Shown here: in pieces, positions 26,227-37,071 of the stretch
Layout: every line of letters begins with the position of its first letter
How positions within the stretch are numbered: position 1 is the stretch's first letter
Source of the DNA: an uncultured Candidatus Saccharibacteria bacterium
Lineage (GTDB): Bacteria > Patescibacteriota > Saccharimonadia > Saccharimonadales > CAZJQT01
Length of the DNA stretch: 64,000 nucleotides
Direction of reading: 5' to 3'
NCBI GenBank assembly: GCA_964604415.1
Contig: CAZRYT010000002.1
Location: forward strand, 4,059 to 68,058
Translations under genes and position numbers: made by a program
Notes under the pieces: generated by a model
Told to the model about the DNA's origin: nothing
The model's input: only the letters and a program-made list of their open reading frames with translations
The model's database searches: none

Positions 26227-26839
26227 TTTTGATGGTACGTTGGCTGATAGCCAATCAGTTGTCTTGGAGCTTTACAACGACACCGCAAAAGAACGTGACT
26301 TTAGACATATTAACAGAGAAGATTGGCCTAAAGTGCGGCGCATGGGTATAGCCGAAGGCCTAAAATTTGCCGGCATTAAAGCCTATCAAATACCAGGACT
26401 TCTAGCACTTGGCAAACGCGAAATGGTCAAACGGGCAAGAGATATCAAATTATTTCCGGGCGTGGCAGATGTAGTCAAGCAGCTCAATGCCTATGGCCAC
26501 GAGGTTTATTTACTCAGCACCAACTCTAACCAGGTTGTTAATACGGTTCTAAAAAACAATGGCCTCATTGGCTACCTGACCGTCCTAAAAAGCTCTCAGA
26601 TTTTTGGCAAAGCCCGCGCTATCCGTGGCCTAATGCGTAAACACAAACTTAAGTCTGGGGATGTTTGGATGGTAGGTGATGAAGTGCGTGATATTCAGGC
26701 CGCCCAAAAGGCCGGCGTCAATATCATATCTGTTACCTGGGGCTTTCAACCGACCGATGTGCTTGGTCCAGCTGAACCCACAGCTTTAGCCCAAAACCCG
26801 GCCGATATTCTAAAAATTATTCAATCCAGTCATGACTGA
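26210..26839 (+). CDS. HAD-family phosphatase (phosphoglycolate phosphatase-like)
   Basis: FDFDGTLADS motif I, LSTNS motif II, GDEVRD motif IV. Confidence 0.8.
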   Translation: MTIVFDFDGTLADSQSVVLELYNDTAKERDFRHINREDWPKVRRMGIAEGLKFAGIKAYQIPGLLALGKREMVKRARDIKLFPGVADVVKQLNAYGHEVYLLSTNSNQVVNTVLKNNGLIGYLTVLKSSQIFGKARAIRGLMRKHKLKSGDVWMVGDEVRDIQAAQKAGVNIISVTWGFQPTDVLGPAEPTALAQNPADILKIIQSSHD

Positions 26840-27551
26840 ACAAAATAATGCTCTAACTCAGCTTGAAAAGGCTCTGCAAAAAAGCGCCGATCCAACCAGA
26901 GCATTAGCGTCCTCCAGGTTTTTTAGAAACGGACCCGGACAATATGGTGAGGGCGACAAATTTTTGGGCATTAGAGTACCTCAACAGCGGCTAATCGCTA
27001 AACAGTTCTATAAGGTTATTTCGCTTGATGACACACTTAAATTGTTGAAGAGTAAGTGGCACGAATACCGGCTGACCGCCATAATAATTTTGGTAACTCA
27101 ATATCAAAAAGCTGATGCTAGCGGCAAAAAAATTATAGCCAATGCTTACCATAAGAACCGTCGTTACGTTAATAACTGGGATTTAGTAGACAGTTCGGCG
27201 CCCTATATTCTGGGTGATTATTTGCTGGATCATGCCCGCGGCGTCTTGTACCGTCTGGCAAAATCTTCATCTGTCTGGGATAGACGTATAGCCATTATTA
27301 CGACCCTAAACTTTATCAGAAATGGGGAATTTGTAGACACTCTAAAATTGTCTGAACTGCTGCTGGATGACAAACATGATCTTATGCATAAAGCTGTCGG
27401 CTGGTGTTTACGTGAGGTTGGTAAAAAAGATAGAAAAACTCTTTTAAAGTTCCTTGATCAACACGCTAAGACAATGCCCAGAACCGCTCTGCGCTACGCC
27501 ATTGAACATTTACCCCCAGAGCAGCGGCAGCACTACATGGGAGTAAAATAG
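26832..27551 (+). CDS. DNA alkylation repair protein (AlkD-like HEAT-repeat glycosylase family)
   Basis: RFFRNGPGQYGEGDKFLGIRVPQQR and NNWDLVD motifs. Confidence 0.75.
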   Translation: MTEQNNALTQLEKALQKSADPTRALASSRFFRNGPGQYGEGDKFLGIRVPQQRLIAKQFYKVISLDDTLKLLKSKWHEYRLTAIIILVTQYQKADASGKKIIANAYHKNRRYVNNWDLVDSSAPYILGDYLLDHARGVLYRLAKSSSVWDRRIAIITTLNFIRNGEFVDTLKLSELLLDDKHDLMHKAVGWCLREVGKKDRKTLLKFLDQHAKTMPRTALRYAIEHLPPEQRQHYMGVK

Positions 27552-27555
27552 AGGA

Positions 27556-28770
27556 ATGCTGGACACTACTAGGCGGATGATTGAGCAAGTTGGTCGTAAG
27601 ATCGGATTAAGTAAAGACGAAGTAGATTATTTACTCAAAATCGACCGCGAGCACCTATTTGATATAACTTTGAGTAACGGCAATACTCATCAGGCTTACC
27701 GAGTACAGCATAAAAATGTTTTAGGCCCGTACAAAGGTGGAATTCGCTTCCATCCAGAGGTAGATCTGAACGAAGTTAGGGCATTGGCAACGCTTATGAG
27801 TCTGAAAACTGCGGCGGTTGGCCTGCCTTTAGGTGGTGCCAAAGGTGGTGTGGCAGTCGACCCAAGGCAACTAAATGAAGCCGAACTAGAAGAGTTATCC
27901 AGAGCCTACGCTCGTCATTTACATGCCCATATTGGTCCGGATAAAGACATACCGGCACCGGATATGAATACCAACGCTACCATTATTGATTGGATGGTTG
28001 ACGAATACGAGCAAGTTACTGGCGATAAAACTAGAGCTAGCTTTACTGGTAAATCAATTGAAAAAGGCGGTAGCCTAGGCCGCGAAGCCGCTACTGGCCG
28101 CGGTGGAGTACTGACTCTAGAGGCGGTCTTAAGGCACATGCACCAGGACAAAGAAGAGTTAACCTATGCTATTCAAGGTTTTGGTAATGTCGGCTTGTTT
28201 TTTGGTGTAATTGCCGAGCAGTTACTACCCAACCTACAAATGGTGGCGGCCACAGACAGCAGCGGTGGTATCAGTACGCCATTTGGCATGAGCGCTAAAG
28301 AACTGGCAGCTTACAAAAAAACCGGCGCTAAGCTTATAAATTACAGCGATAGTGCCAGTATCAAACTGGATAATGATCAGCTACTAAGCGAGGAAGTCGA
28401 CGTACTGGTTCTAGCTGCTTTGGGCGACGTCATTACCACACACAACGCCCCTAAAGTGCAAGCCAAAATCATTCTGGAATTAGCCAATGGGCCAGTCTCT
28501 GACAAAGCCTACGACTACCTAACTAACAAGGGTGTAATTATAATTCCAGACGTCCTAGCCAATGCCGGCGGTGTGATAGTTAGTTATCTCGAGTGGCTGC
28601 AAAATCGCGCTGATGAAAAATGGGATGAAAAGCGCGTTGATATGGAAATGGAACATTTCCTGATGCCCGCCGTTAGCCAAACACTAAGATACGCTGAAGA
28701 CAATAAATTGTCGCTAAAAGAAGCCGCTCTGGCCCGCGCCATGAAGCGTATTATTGACGCCCGGGTATAA
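27556..28770 (+). CDS. Glu/Leu/Phe/Val dehydrogenase (glutamate dehydrogenase-like)
   Basis: GGIRFHP, GLPLGGAKGG, and a Rossmann motif GFGNVG. Confidence 0.88.
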   Translation: MLDTTRRMIEQVGRKIGLSKDEVDYLLKIDREHLFDITLSNGNTHQAYRVQHKNVLGPYKGGIRFHPEVDLNEVRALATLMSLKTAAVGLPLGGAKGGVAVDPRQLNEAELEELSRAYARHLHAHIGPDKDIPAPDMNTNATIIDWMVDEYEQVTGDKTRASFTGKSIEKGGSLGREAATGRGGVLTLEAVLRHMHQDKEELTYAIQGFGNVGLFFGVIAEQLLPNLQMVAATDSSGGISTPFGMSAKELAAYKKTGAKLINYSDSASIKLDNDQLLSEEVDVLVLAALGDVITTHNAPKVQAKIILELANGPVSDKAYDYLTNKGVIIIPDVLANAGGVIVSYLEWLQNRADEKWDEKRVDMEMEHFLMPAVSQTLRYAEDNKLSLKEAALARAMKRIIDARV

Positions 28771-28793
28771 TATTATGGAAATAAGGAGGTGCG

Positions 28794-29198
28794 ATGACTG
28801 AGGAACCTAAAGCTAATCAGGTGGTGGAGGGCAGACAAGTCATAATCAACGTGCCACCGCTAAAATCACCTAAGTGGATGCAAGGGTTTTTAGACTTTAT
28901 TCGTCACCAAGGGGTAGTCGGTCTATCAGTTGGTTTAGTAATTGGTGTGGCTTCAAAAAGCTTAGTGGATAGTTTAGTAAATGATATTTTTAACCCCGTT
29001 ATTGGTTTAATTGGTGGTAGTGGTGGTTTGGATAGTCGATATGTTTGTCTCAAAAACGTCGCTGGACAGTGCACCAACAAGCTAGCTTACGGAGCGCTCA
29101 TTAATAGTTTACTAAGTTTCATAATCATTGTTGCGGCGGTTTATTTTGTGATCAAAGGTTTGAAATTGGATAAACTAGATAAGCCAAAGGCTGAGTAG
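28794..29198 (+). CDS. mscL: large-conductance mechanosensitive channel
   Basis: FIRHQGVVGLSVGLVIGVASKSLVDSLVNDIFNPVIG. Confidence 0.88.
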   Translation: MTEEPKANQVVEGRQVIINVPPLKSPKWMQGFLDFIRHQGVVGLSVGLVIGVASKSLVDSLVNDIFNPVIGLIGGSGGLDSRYVCLKNVAGQCTNKLAYGALINSLLSFIIIVAAVYFVIKGLKLDKLDKPKAE

Positions 29199-29233
29199 TC
29201 ACTCCTATTTTTCCTTTAGAGACCACTTCCATG

Positions 29234-29258
29234 CGGAGTAATCCAGTTGGTTACTCCG
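29234..29258 (+). terminator. hairpin CGGAGTAA-N9-TTACTCCG downstream of mscL
   Basis: 8-bp perfect stem read from the sequence. The T-tract after it is weak (GTTCGCGTTTCG). Confidence 0.35.
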
Positions 29259-29318
29259 GTTCGCGTTTCGCCTTAGTCTCTTTCGTGAAAAAGACTCGCT
29301 TAAGTCTATAATTAGAGT

Positions 29319-29726
29319 ATGAATTTATCAGAAGATGAATGGAAGCAGAAGCTAACACCCCAGCAATATAAAGTACTCCGTCAGAAGGGCACGGAAGCGC
29401 CATTTTCAGGAGAACATTTAAAACAAACTGATAGCGGCATGTACACGTGCGTTGCTTGTGGAACTGAGTTATTTAAGAGCGACGCCAAGTATGAATCAAA
29501 TCAACCAGGTTTGACAGGCTGGCCCAGCTTTGCCGACGTGGCCAAAACCGGATCTGTAAAGCTGCTAGATGACAACAATTACGGCATGCACAGGACTGAA
29601 GTTGTCTGTGCCAATTGTGGTAGTCATTTGGGGCACATTTTTGATGATAGCAGTTCACCAACTGGTCAGCACTACTGCATTAATTCCGTCTGCTTAAACT
29701 TTAAACCGAAAGATAACAAAGGTTAA
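29319..29726 (+). CDS. msrB: peptide-methionine (R)-S-oxide reductase
   Basis: CVACGTELF and CANCGSHLGHIFDD zinc/catalytic motifs. TATAAT lies 6 nt upstream of the ATG. Confidence 0.93.
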   Translation: MNLSEDEWKQKLTPQQYKVLRQKGTEAPFSGEHLKQTDSGMYTCVACGTELFKSDAKYESNQPGLTGWPSFADVAKTGSVKLLDDNNYGMHRTEVVCANCGSHLGHIFDDSSSPTGQHYCINSVCLNFKPKDNKG

Positions 29727-29735
29727 TATGGCTGG

Positions 29736-30452
29736 TTAGCCAGGAACATTAAAGAATTCTTCTAGTGTTGTCACACTGGTATTATGCATTTCGGTTGATA
29801 GTTCAACTCCAACATAGCGGAAATGCCATGGTTCATTACGATAGCCAGTAATTGTTGCTTTATCGCTTGGATATCTAAGTATAAAACCGTATTTGTAAGC
29901 GTTAGCTAACAGCCACTGGGCTGCGATGGTTTGGCCAAAGCAGTCTTCAAAACAGCCGGACTTGCCAATATCGACAGCCCAGCCCGTTTGGTGCTCAGAA
30001 TGTCCTGGGTGGGCACTTTCACTATCAGCTTTAGCTTGACCGAAGCTTTTTACTTCATTGTTATAAACGGTGACTTGAGTGTAGTAAGAGCGGTAGCCGC
30101 TTTCAGCAACCAGGGTGTAGCCGGCGGTTTTAGCGCCAGTGAACAATTGACTCAACTCATCAGCCGCTACTTTTCTCATCAATTGTCCATTACCAACAGC
30201 TGTCAGGTCATTTGGTGCATAGGTCAGCGGGTTTAGAGCTCTAGGTTTATTAACCACTACCCAAAGACTGGTTGGGTCGTTGATTGAATATTTAGATTTA
30301 TCGAAACTTGGCGCTGGGCTTGGCTGGTTACTTTTAACAGTTGGGCTGCCATTTTGATTAGTTGGGGTTGGTTTTTTGATCTTGGTCAGCATCAATACCA
30401 CACCAATAATTGCCAAAACCACTACAACTGCGAAGATTATTTTTTTACGCAT
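29736..30452 (-). CDS. M15-family D-alanyl-D-alanine carboxypeptidase (VanY-like), membrane anchored
   Basis: N-terminal TM helix. SGYRSY and SEHQTGWAVDI motifs. Confidence 0.85.
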   Translation of the reverse strand: MRKKIIFAVVVVLAIIGVVLMLTKIKKPTPTNQNGSPTVKSNQPSPAPSFDKSKYSINDPTSLWVVVNKPRALNPLTYAPNDLTAVGNGQLMRKVAADELSQLFTGAKTAGYTLVAESGYRSYYTQVTVYNNEVKSFGQAKADSESAHPGHSEHQTGWAVDIGKSGCFEDCFGQTIAAQWLLANAYKYGFILRYPSDKATITGYRNEPWHFRYVGVELSTEMHNTSVTTLEEFFNVPG

Positions 30453-30490
30453 GCAACGCCTAGTATATCTTTACGATATAATAACCTGCA

Positions 30491-31060
30491 ATGACAACTG
30501 ATGAAAAAAAGCAGGTTCCTACTAAATTATTGTGGTTGGATCTGGAAATGACTGGCTTGGATCCTAGCAAAGATTTGATTTTGGAGGTGGCCGCCGAAGT
30601 TACGGATTTTGATTTCAAAACTCTAGCCAGTTATGAAGCCAGGGTGAAACAAGATAAAAAGACTGTGCTTGCCCGCATGCAAAACAATATTTGGTGGCGC
30701 GATTTCCCAGCTAACCGCGATGAATTTGTTCAAAAATTGGATGATGGCCAAGATCTTAAGCAGGTTGAACAAGATTTGGTTGCGTTAGTAGAAAAACACT
30801 TCGGCGATGAGCCGGCCGTGCTAGCAGGCAACTCTATCTACAATGACCGTGGTTTTATCAAGCAATGGTTACCAGCCCTGGACCTTAGGCTACATTACCG
30901 CATGTTAGACGTCAGTGCCTGGAAGATCCTAATGCAAGGCAAATACGGCGTAAATTATGAGAAAAAAGAAGTCCATCGTGCTTTTGACGATATTCAGGCC
31001 TCGATTGCTGAGCTCCAACACTACTTGGACTGGTTCAAAAACAATTCAGCCAATAACTAG
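30491..31060 (+). CDS. orn: oligoribonuclease
   Basis: LLWLDLEMTGLDP DEDD exonuclease motif I and a C-terminal HRAFDDI motif. Confidence 0.88.
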   Translation: MTTDEKKQVPTKLLWLDLEMTGLDPSKDLILEVAAEVTDFDFKTLASYEARVKQDKKTVLARMQNNIWWRDFPANRDEFVQKLDDGQDLKQVEQDLVALVEKHFGDEPAVLAGNSIYNDRGFIKQWLPALDLRLHYRMLDVSAWKILMQGKYGVNYEKKEVHRAFDDIQASIAELQHYLDWFKNNSANN

Positions 31061-31128
31061 TTGACAATTACAAATTTGGGTATAAATTGAGAAGTTAGAA
31101 ATAACATTAAGTGTGAAAAGGAAAAACA

Positions 31129-31386
31129 ATGTCAAATACAAATCGTTCAGAAAAAATGGTTATTGATGACGATTTAATAAATGCTCGGGGTTTATTTTCA
31201 AGACAGCAGATCCTTGAAGTAACTGATGAAATTGATCTTCGTGACCCAAGCGAACTAGCAATAGAAGTTGAAACAGCTCGCTTAAATAAACTGAGCGAAA
31301 TGGCCCTTAGAACTGACACCACTGCTTTAAATGGTTTGGTACACACACTGTATTATTCCCAGGTTGGTGCAGCTCACATTGTCTAG
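31129..31386 (+). CDS. small hypothetical protein
   Basis: 85-aa ORF preceded by AAAGGA. The antisense alternative has no start signal. Confidence 0.4.
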   Translation: MSNTNRSEKMVIDDDLINARGLFSRQQILEVTDEIDLRDPSELAIEVETARLNKLSEMALRTDTTALNGLVHTLYYSQVGAAHIV

Positions 31387-31418
31387 ACAATAGGCCAATC
31401 TGATGCCAAACTTGTGGC

Positions 31419-31763
31419 ATGGATCACAAGACAGTTGAAGAATATATTCTAAGTCTGCCAGGGGCTAAGCTAGATTACCCCTTTGGTGAAGGTGTGGCAG
31501 TCTATAAAGCCAAAGATAAAATGTTTGCATTGATTGCCGAAAAAACTAATCCACTCAGGATTAGCCTAAAGTGCGATCCTTTGCTATCTAAAGTTCTACG
31601 CGAGAAGTACGAAACGGTTCTAGAAGGTTATCATCTGAACAAAAAATACTGGAATACTGTTATTCTGACTGGCCAGTTACCCTGGGAAGAAATCCAAGCC
31701 CTAATTCATCACAGCTACCAGTTAATTACTGGTGAACACGGCGTAACGCCTGATATAAAATAA
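31419..31763 (+). CDS. MmcQ/YjbR-family protein
   Basis: LPGAKLDYPFGEGVAVYKAKDKMFA...YHLNKKYWNTV signature. Confidence 0.75.
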   Translation: MDHKTVEEYILSLPGAKLDYPFGEGVAVYKAKDKMFALIAEKTNPLRISLKCDPLLSKVLREKYETVLEGYHLNKKYWNTVILTGQLPWEEIQALIHHSYQLITGEHGVTPDIK

Positions 31764-31764
31764 G

Positions 31765-32403
31765 TTACTGACTGGTGGCCAGCAGCGGCCTGACGGCGTT
31801 AAAGTAGGCGGCCAAGGTCGCTTTGGCTTTTGTGTCATTGCTAGAATCGTGCAGTTTTTTGATATCTTGAGCGTAAGTTAGCAGTTCTGATTGCAAGATA
31901 TTGGTAAAAGTTCCGTCAAAACTGTTGGCTTGTTTGGCGGTGGTTAGTTGGGCGTCGGTTTGGACATTTTTACCCAGGGCTAAATTGGCGGCTTTGGTGT
32001 TGGCTCCAGACGACTTAGCGTACTTAAGAATGGTTGATTGCTGTGATTCCAAAGTTGTTTTGGCTGTGATGGCCAAATTTTTGGCGTTACTATCTGTAGC
32101 TGACTCAGAACCCAAACCGCTGATACGAATGGCTTCAGTTTGTTCCTGGGCGAGTTTTAACCATTCTTGTGACCTACTACTACCGCCACCACTAACAAGA
32201 CTGAAGACAATTATGGCAACTATAAGTAGAACCGCTCCGGCAATACTAATAAAAATAACTCGTTGCTTTTTGGAACCACCACCAAACAAGCTCGGCTTGG
32301 GCTGGCGCTGTTTATTAACAATAAAATCGTAAGGATCCTGCTGGACTGGCGCGGGTGTTAACGGCGGCGGCGCTGGAGCAGGGGCGTTCGGTTGCATATG
32401 CAT
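31765..32403 (-). CDS. membrane-anchored hypothetical protein with Pro-rich N-terminus
   Basis: 212-aa ORF. TM helix VIFISIAGAVLLIVAIIVFSLV. Alternative ATG at 32397. Confidence 0.6.
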   Translation of the reverse strand: MHMQPNAPAPAPPPLTPAPVQQDPYDFIVNKQRQPKPSLFGGGSKKQRVIFISIAGAVLLIVAIIVFSLVSGGGSSRSQEWLKLAQEQTEAIRISGLGSESATDSNAKNLAITAKTTLESQQSTILKYAKSSGANTKAANLALGKNVQTDAQLTTAKQANSFDGTFTNILQSELLTYAQDIKKLHDSSNDTKAKATLAAYFNAVRPLLATSQ

Positions 32404-32472
32404 AATGATAGTAGAAAGTTATTGAAACTGCTAACCCTTTCTACTTTCTACTTTTAACCTTAGACTATAAAG

Positions 32473-34227
32473 ATGGACTCTGTGGATGAGATCAAACAAA
32501 GGTTGAATATTGAGGACGTTATTGCTGAATATGTCCAACTAAAACGCTCTGGCCGCAACTTTAAAGGCCTGAGTCCGTTCAACAATGAAAAAACACCGAG
32601 CTTTATGGTCAGCCCCGAAAAGCAAATTTGGCATGATTTTTCTTCAAACAAGGGTGGCAATATGTTCAGCTTTGTTATGGAGATGGAGGGTCTGGATTTC
32701 CGTGGCGCCCTGGAACTATTAGCCCGCAAAGCCGGCGTTGACCTTGACCAGTACAGGGGCCAAAGCGGCAGCAATGCCAAGCTTAAAGAGCGTTTGCGTG
32801 AAGCCTTGCAACTGGCTGCTAAGTTCTACCAAGTTCAGTTCAGTCATAGCTCTGAGGCTATCGATTACGTTTTCAAAAGACGTGGTTTCGCTAAGCAAAC
32901 AGCTTTGGATTTTAAACTTGGTTATTCGCCCAATAATGGCACAGCATTGTTAGATTTTATGAAGAAAAAAGGTTTTAACGAAGATGAGCTAAAAAAAGCT
33001 GGCCTGACCGCCCAAAGGCGTAATGGCACAGGCGATATGTTCCGTGGCCGCTTAATGGTGCCGCTCATGGACACACAGGGCTCAGTCATTGGCTTTACAG
33101 CCCGGCAGTTGGACGAGGATCCTAACGCTCCCAAGTACATCAACACACCACAAACCCTACTCTACGACAAAAGCCGTCACGTCTATGGTCTTAATCTGGC
33201 CAAGGAATCAATCCGGCGTCAGAAATATGCCATTTTAGTAGAAGGGAACCTAGATGTGATCGCCAGTCATCAGGCTGGCGTTAAAAATACTGTGGCTACC
33301 GCCGGTACCGCGTTGACTGAACAGCATCTCAAGGCGCTGGGGCGTTTCGCCAATGATATTCGGCTGTGTTTTGACGCTGACAGTGCTGGCTTAGCGGCTA
33401 CTGAACGTTCCATCCCAATTGCCTCCAGAACAGGGGTAAAACTAAGTATTATCAACCTGCCTGGCGGCAAAGATCCGGATGAATTAATCAAACAGGATGT
33501 GGCCAAATGGCAGCAGACAGTTGAAAAACCAATTTATGCCCTGGATTGGCTAATTACCCACTACCAAAAGCAGTTGGATCTGGATTCTGGCAGTGGCAAA
33601 CGGGAGTTCAGCGACTTACTTTTGCCAACTCTAAAAGGTCTGGGAGATCCGGTAGAGCAGGATCACTATATCCGTAAACTTGCCAAACTCATCGACGTCA
33701 ACGCCTCAGCCTTACGCGAAAAAGTCGAGGCCAAAAACTCTAGTGCTGTGCAACTCAAAAGATCCAAAGCCGTCCAAGTTGTTGATGACCAGCAACAGCT
33801 AGAATGGGCAAAAGCTCAAGACCACTTGCTGGCACTAACCTTGATGCGGCCAGATTTGCGTGACCTTCTAGATTTGATTGATTCGGAAATGTTCCCACAA
33901 GACTCAGGCAGGCAACTGCTGGAATATTTGCAGACGCACCCAGACTTTGATGGCAACCTGACCCACGCTCCTCTGTTGCAATCTATCGCTGACTATGTCA
34001 AAATTATCTCATTACAATATGAGGCGTTATTTATTGATCTAGATGAGACCGAAGCCCGTTATGAGGCCAACCGTCTCCGGATCCGCCTGATTGACATATT
34101 TGTCAGAACTAAAAAAGCCCAAATCTCAACTGCATTAAAAGAAGCCGATGACGAAACCTCCCAAAAGCTTCTAACCCGCGTGAAAAGCCTAGATAATTTA
34201 TTAAAGACCAGTCAGGAGACTATCTGA
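32473..34227 (+). CDS. dnaG: DNA primase
   Basis: NEKTPSFMV motif. TOPRIM motifs EGNLDV and DADSAG. The zinc ligands are substituted (SPFN...HDFSSN). Confidence 0.92.
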   Translation: MDSVDEIKQRLNIEDVIAEYVQLKRSGRNFKGLSPFNNEKTPSFMVSPEKQIWHDFSSNKGGNMFSFVMEMEGLDFRGALELLARKAGVDLDQYRGQSGSNAKLKERLREALQLAAKFYQVQFSHSSEAIDYVFKRRGFAKQTALDFKLGYSPNNGTALLDFMKKKGFNEDELKKAGLTAQRRNGTGDMFRGRLMVPLMDTQGSVIGFTARQLDEDPNAPKYINTPQTLLYDKSRHVYGLNLAKESIRRQKYAILVEGNLDVIASHQAGVKNTVATAGTALTEQHLKALGRFANDIRLCFDADSAGLAATERSIPIASRTGVKLSIINLPGGKDPDELIKQDVAKWQQTVEKPIYALDWLITHYQKQLDLDSGSGKREFSDLLLPTLKGLGDPVEQDHYIRKLAKLIDVNASALREKVEAKNSSAVQLKRSKAVQVVDDQQQLEWAKAQDHLLALTLMRPDLRDLLDLIDSEMFPQDSGRQLLEYLQTHPDFDGNLTHAPLLQSIADYVKIISLQYEALFIDLDETEARYEANRLRIRLIDIFVRTKKAQISTALKEADDETSQKLLTRVKSLDNLLKTSQETI

Positions 34228-35357
34228 TGCCAGCCAAAAAACCTGCCAAGAAGGAAGAGCCGGAAATTGATCCGGATATGATCACCAAAAAGGACGATCT
34301 GTTTAAGAAAGCCAAAAAAGATGGCAAAATCGACCAACGCGAAATTTTTGAAGCCATTGCTGATGTGCCAGAAAACGCTGAAGTTTTGGACATGCTCTAC
34401 ACTCAACTAGCCGACAGCAATATTTTGGTAGTAGAATCAGCCGCACCCGTGGCCGGCTTTGGTGACCAGTGGGAAGCTGAGGAAGAGGAAGAAGTCGTCT
34501 TGGACGACAACGCTTATCTGGATGATATTGCAGATGACTCCGTGCGCTTATACCTGCGCGAAATCGGTAAGATACCGCTGTTAACAGCCGAAGAAGAACT
34601 GGCTCTAGCCAAAAAAGTCGTGGCCGGTAGCAAAGGTGCCAAAGACAAAATGGCCGAAGCCAACATGCGTCTAGTTGTCTCAATTGCCAAGCGTTACGTC
34701 GGTCGCGGTTTGGATCTACTTGATTTGATTCAAGAGGGGAATACCGGACTCTTGCGCGCTGTTGAAAAGTTTGACCCGGACAAGGGTTTCAAGTTCTCAA
34801 CCTACGCAACTTGGTGGATCCGCCAGGCTATCACGCGTGCTATCGCTGACCAGGCCCGTACCATCCGTATACCTGTGCACATGGTTGAAACCATCAATAA
34901 ATTACTGCGTACCCAGCGTCGACTAACTCAGGAACTCAACCGTGAGCCAACCAATGAAGAAATCGCTGCTGAAATGGAAATTGACGTCGACAAAGTCGAA
35001 CACATCATGAAGATCAAACAGGACATTTCATCTCTCGATGCTTCAGTTCGTGATGATGAGGAAGATTCTGTCCTGGCTGACTTTATTGAGGATGAAGACA
35101 CTGTCAGTCCCGAGGAATCGGCCACTACCCAGTTACTTAAAGAGCACGTCAAAGATATGCTGGGTGCTCTAACAGAGCGTGAACAAAAGATTTTGAAACT
35201 ACGTTTTGGGCTAGAAGACGGCAAAAGCCACACTTTAGAGGAAGTTGGACAGGAGTTCATGGTTACCCGTGAACGCATTCGCCAGATTGAAGCCAAAGCC
35301 CTGGCCAAACTACGCAAGCACAAAGACGCCAAAAAGTTACACGATTACATAAAGTAA
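34227..35357 (+). CDS. rpoD: RNA polymerase sigma-70 factor
   Basis: Region 2 [19 protein letters not shown] and region 4 [25 protein letters not shown] overlap with dnaG. Confidence 0.96.
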   Translation: MPAKKPAKKEEPEIDPDMITKKDDLFKKAKKDGKIDQREIFEAIADVPENAEVLDMLYTQLADSNILVVESAAPVAGFGDQWEAEEEEEVVLDDNAYLDDIADDSVRLYLREIGKIPLLTAEEELALAKKVVAGSKGAKDKMAEANMRLVVSIAKRYVGRGLDLLDLIQEGNTGLLRAVEKFDPDKGFKFSTYATWWIRQAITRAIADQARTIRIPVHMVETINKLLRTQRRLTQELNREPTNEEIAAEMEIDVDKVEHIMKIKQDISSLDASVRDDEEDSVLADFIEDEDTVSPEESATTQLLKEHVKDMLGALTEREQKILKLRFGLEDGKSHTLEEVGQEFMVTRERIRQIEAKALAKLRKHKDAKKLHDYIK

Positions 35358-35454
35358 CCCTCATCATTTTCACTTAGGGTAGGGGTCCGCGCGGACAAGC
35401 AAGGAATATCACGCGCTGCCCTGGGCATAACTAACTTAAGTAAAAACGATTCGC

Positions 35455-36561
35455 TTAAATGTTCTTGACTAGGGCGTAACCCAGTTTTTTGTGATTTTCT
35501 ATATTGTAAGGTTGGGTCACAAAAGCAGGGTGTTTGCGCAAACGGTAGACTAGGGCATTGAGCGCCCATTCTGATCCCAGTTCCTCTCCACGCCAAACCG
35601 CGTCATAAATTTCTCTTTTGGGTACCACGCGTCCTTGATAACGCTTGAGTATAGCTAGAAGTCGGCGTTCTTTTACGGGTAGTTTTGAACTTACCAAGCC
35701 AACCACTCCGTCATTAAATAACGGTGAGAATAGCTCAAATTTTTTGCCTTTAGGTACGACCAGGCCAACATTTGTTAGATAGATATCTGGTTTAGCATAT
35801 TCGCCGGTAGTGGCCACTTTTCTAAGAATAGTTTTTTGTGAAGCAGACAGGTGGGACCAGATGTTCTCGAAAGATAATTTGATAAAAGGATCCTGGATTG
35901 GGTTAGGGCGATACTCGGATTGCAGGAGTAACTGCAAGAACTGGAAATGGCCACCGCTTAAACGCACAATTTCTTTAAATGTCTGGTCGTCAATCTCTAA
36001 TTTAGGACCATAGACGTCCAAGAGGTACCGTAAGTCATCTTGACTATAACGTTTCAGGTAATATTTATTAGCGAGCAAACGTAAGTCCAAATTGGTTAAT
36101 TCTGCCGGCAAAATTGTCTCCAGACGCTTGCAGATACCAAAAACAAATACAATTTTGGACTGATCCACACTCTGTAAACTCCGCAAATAACGGAAGAAAT
36201 CATTATTAAAATCTTTGAACAACTTATCAAAACCACTAATGATAATAACCACTTTTTCATCAGTTTTTAGAATATGACTAAGTCTCTCTTGGCAGGTACG
36301 GATCATTTCCTCAATGTTTTTACCGTTGCTTTTGCCGCCAAGTTGTTCCACTAGATTACTGAAAAATTCTTTTGAACTTAGTGAGGGCAGGCTAAAGACG
36401 TCAATATGTATCATCTTGCCGTAAGGCTGACGAGCCAGCTGTTTTAAGAACACAGAGATTCCACAACCAGGTATGCCAATGACTGAGGTTGATTGGCCGC
36501 CATCCAACATCTTCTTTATGGCGCCGAATTGTGTGCTAGCAAATTGATGGTCTTGGCCCAT
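35455..36561 (-). CDS. AAA/STAND-like ATPase domain (degenerate Walker A and B) fused to a C-terminal OmpR/PhoB-type winged-helix DNA-binding domain
   Basis: GIPGCGIS replaces GxxGxGKS/T, and VVIIISGFD sits at the Walker B position. C-terminus ERRLLAILKRYQGRVVPKREIYDAVWRGEE...LVYRLRKH...GYAL is Trans_reg_C-like. Confidence 0.65.
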   Translation of the reverse strand: MGQDHQFASTQFGAIKKMLDGGQSTSVIGIPGCGISVFLKQLARQPYGKMIHIDVFSLPSLSSKEFFSNLVEQLGGKSNGKNIEEMIRTCQERLSHILKTDEKVVIIISGFDKLFKDFNNDFFRYLRSLQSVDQSKIVFVFGICKRLETILPAELTNLDLRLLANKYYLKRYSQDDLRYLLDVYGPKLEIDDQTFKEIVRLSGGHFQFLQLLLQSEYRPNPIQDPFIKLSFENIWSHLSASQKTILRKVATTGEYAKPDIYLTNVGLVVPKGKKFELFSPLFNDGVVGLVSSKLPVKERRLLAILKRYQGRVVPKREIYDAVWRGEELGSEWALNALVYRLRKHPAFVTQPYNIENHKKLGYALVKNI

Positions 36562-36674
36562 TATTATAATTCTATCTATAAAACGTCATAATTTTATCAT
36601 ATTTGCATCAAGCATGCAAGACAAATATTTCTTAGACTAGTAATGTCATACAAATTTAAGTGAAAGGAATCGAC

Positions 36675-37070
36675 ATGGAACTGAACCCCATACCAACTAT
36701 GACTAAAACAGAAGCAAGACAGTTTGCGAATGTACTAACCCAAACCGTATTTAGGGATAGGTCTGAAAAAAATCAATCAACCAAACTGACCGATCGCCAA
36801 AAAATGGTTGCCAATTTAGCAATCAGTCAATTACTAGATTCGTCTGATGAAACTGTGAAGCTCGAGTTAGAGCAAACTGAACTAAGTGATTTAGTCAGGG
36901 TAGCTCAAGAAGCTTTAGAGGACCCACGGGGCATCATGTTTGGCCTGATCGCGCCTGAGCTTGATATGGATGATACCTTCCATTGGGACGAGCGTGGTAA
37001 TGCGCTTAGATCGTTAGCGATAACTGCCGATTTTGTAAGACTAGCTCGACCCCGAAGAGAAGGGAGCTGA
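36675..37070 (+). CDS. hypothetical protein, unknown domain paralogous to the N-terminal part of the next gene
   Basis: AAAGGA SD before MELNPIPT. The TKTEARQFANV and LVRVAQEALEDPRGIMFGLIAPE blocks parallel TRQEARDVAEV and VKRIAELALDNSQKIISGLCTPN in the next gene. Confidence 0.55.
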   Translation: MELNPIPTMTKTEARQFANVLTQTVFRDRSEKNQSTKLTDRQKMVANLAISQLLDSSDETVKLELEQTELSDLVRVAQEALEDPRGIMFGLIAPELDMDDTFHWDERGNALRSLAITADFVRLARPRREGS

Positions 37071-37071
37071 C

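Noticed and set aside
35358-35454. GC-rich structured spacer after rpoD (GTCCGCGCGGAC palindrome, GCGCG...CGCGC) as an SRP/4.5S or other small RNA gene
   Set aside because: It lacks the conserved SRP domain IV motifs (GGAA/AGCA symmetric loop context). It sits between two convergent stop codons, so a bidirectional terminator is the simpler reading.
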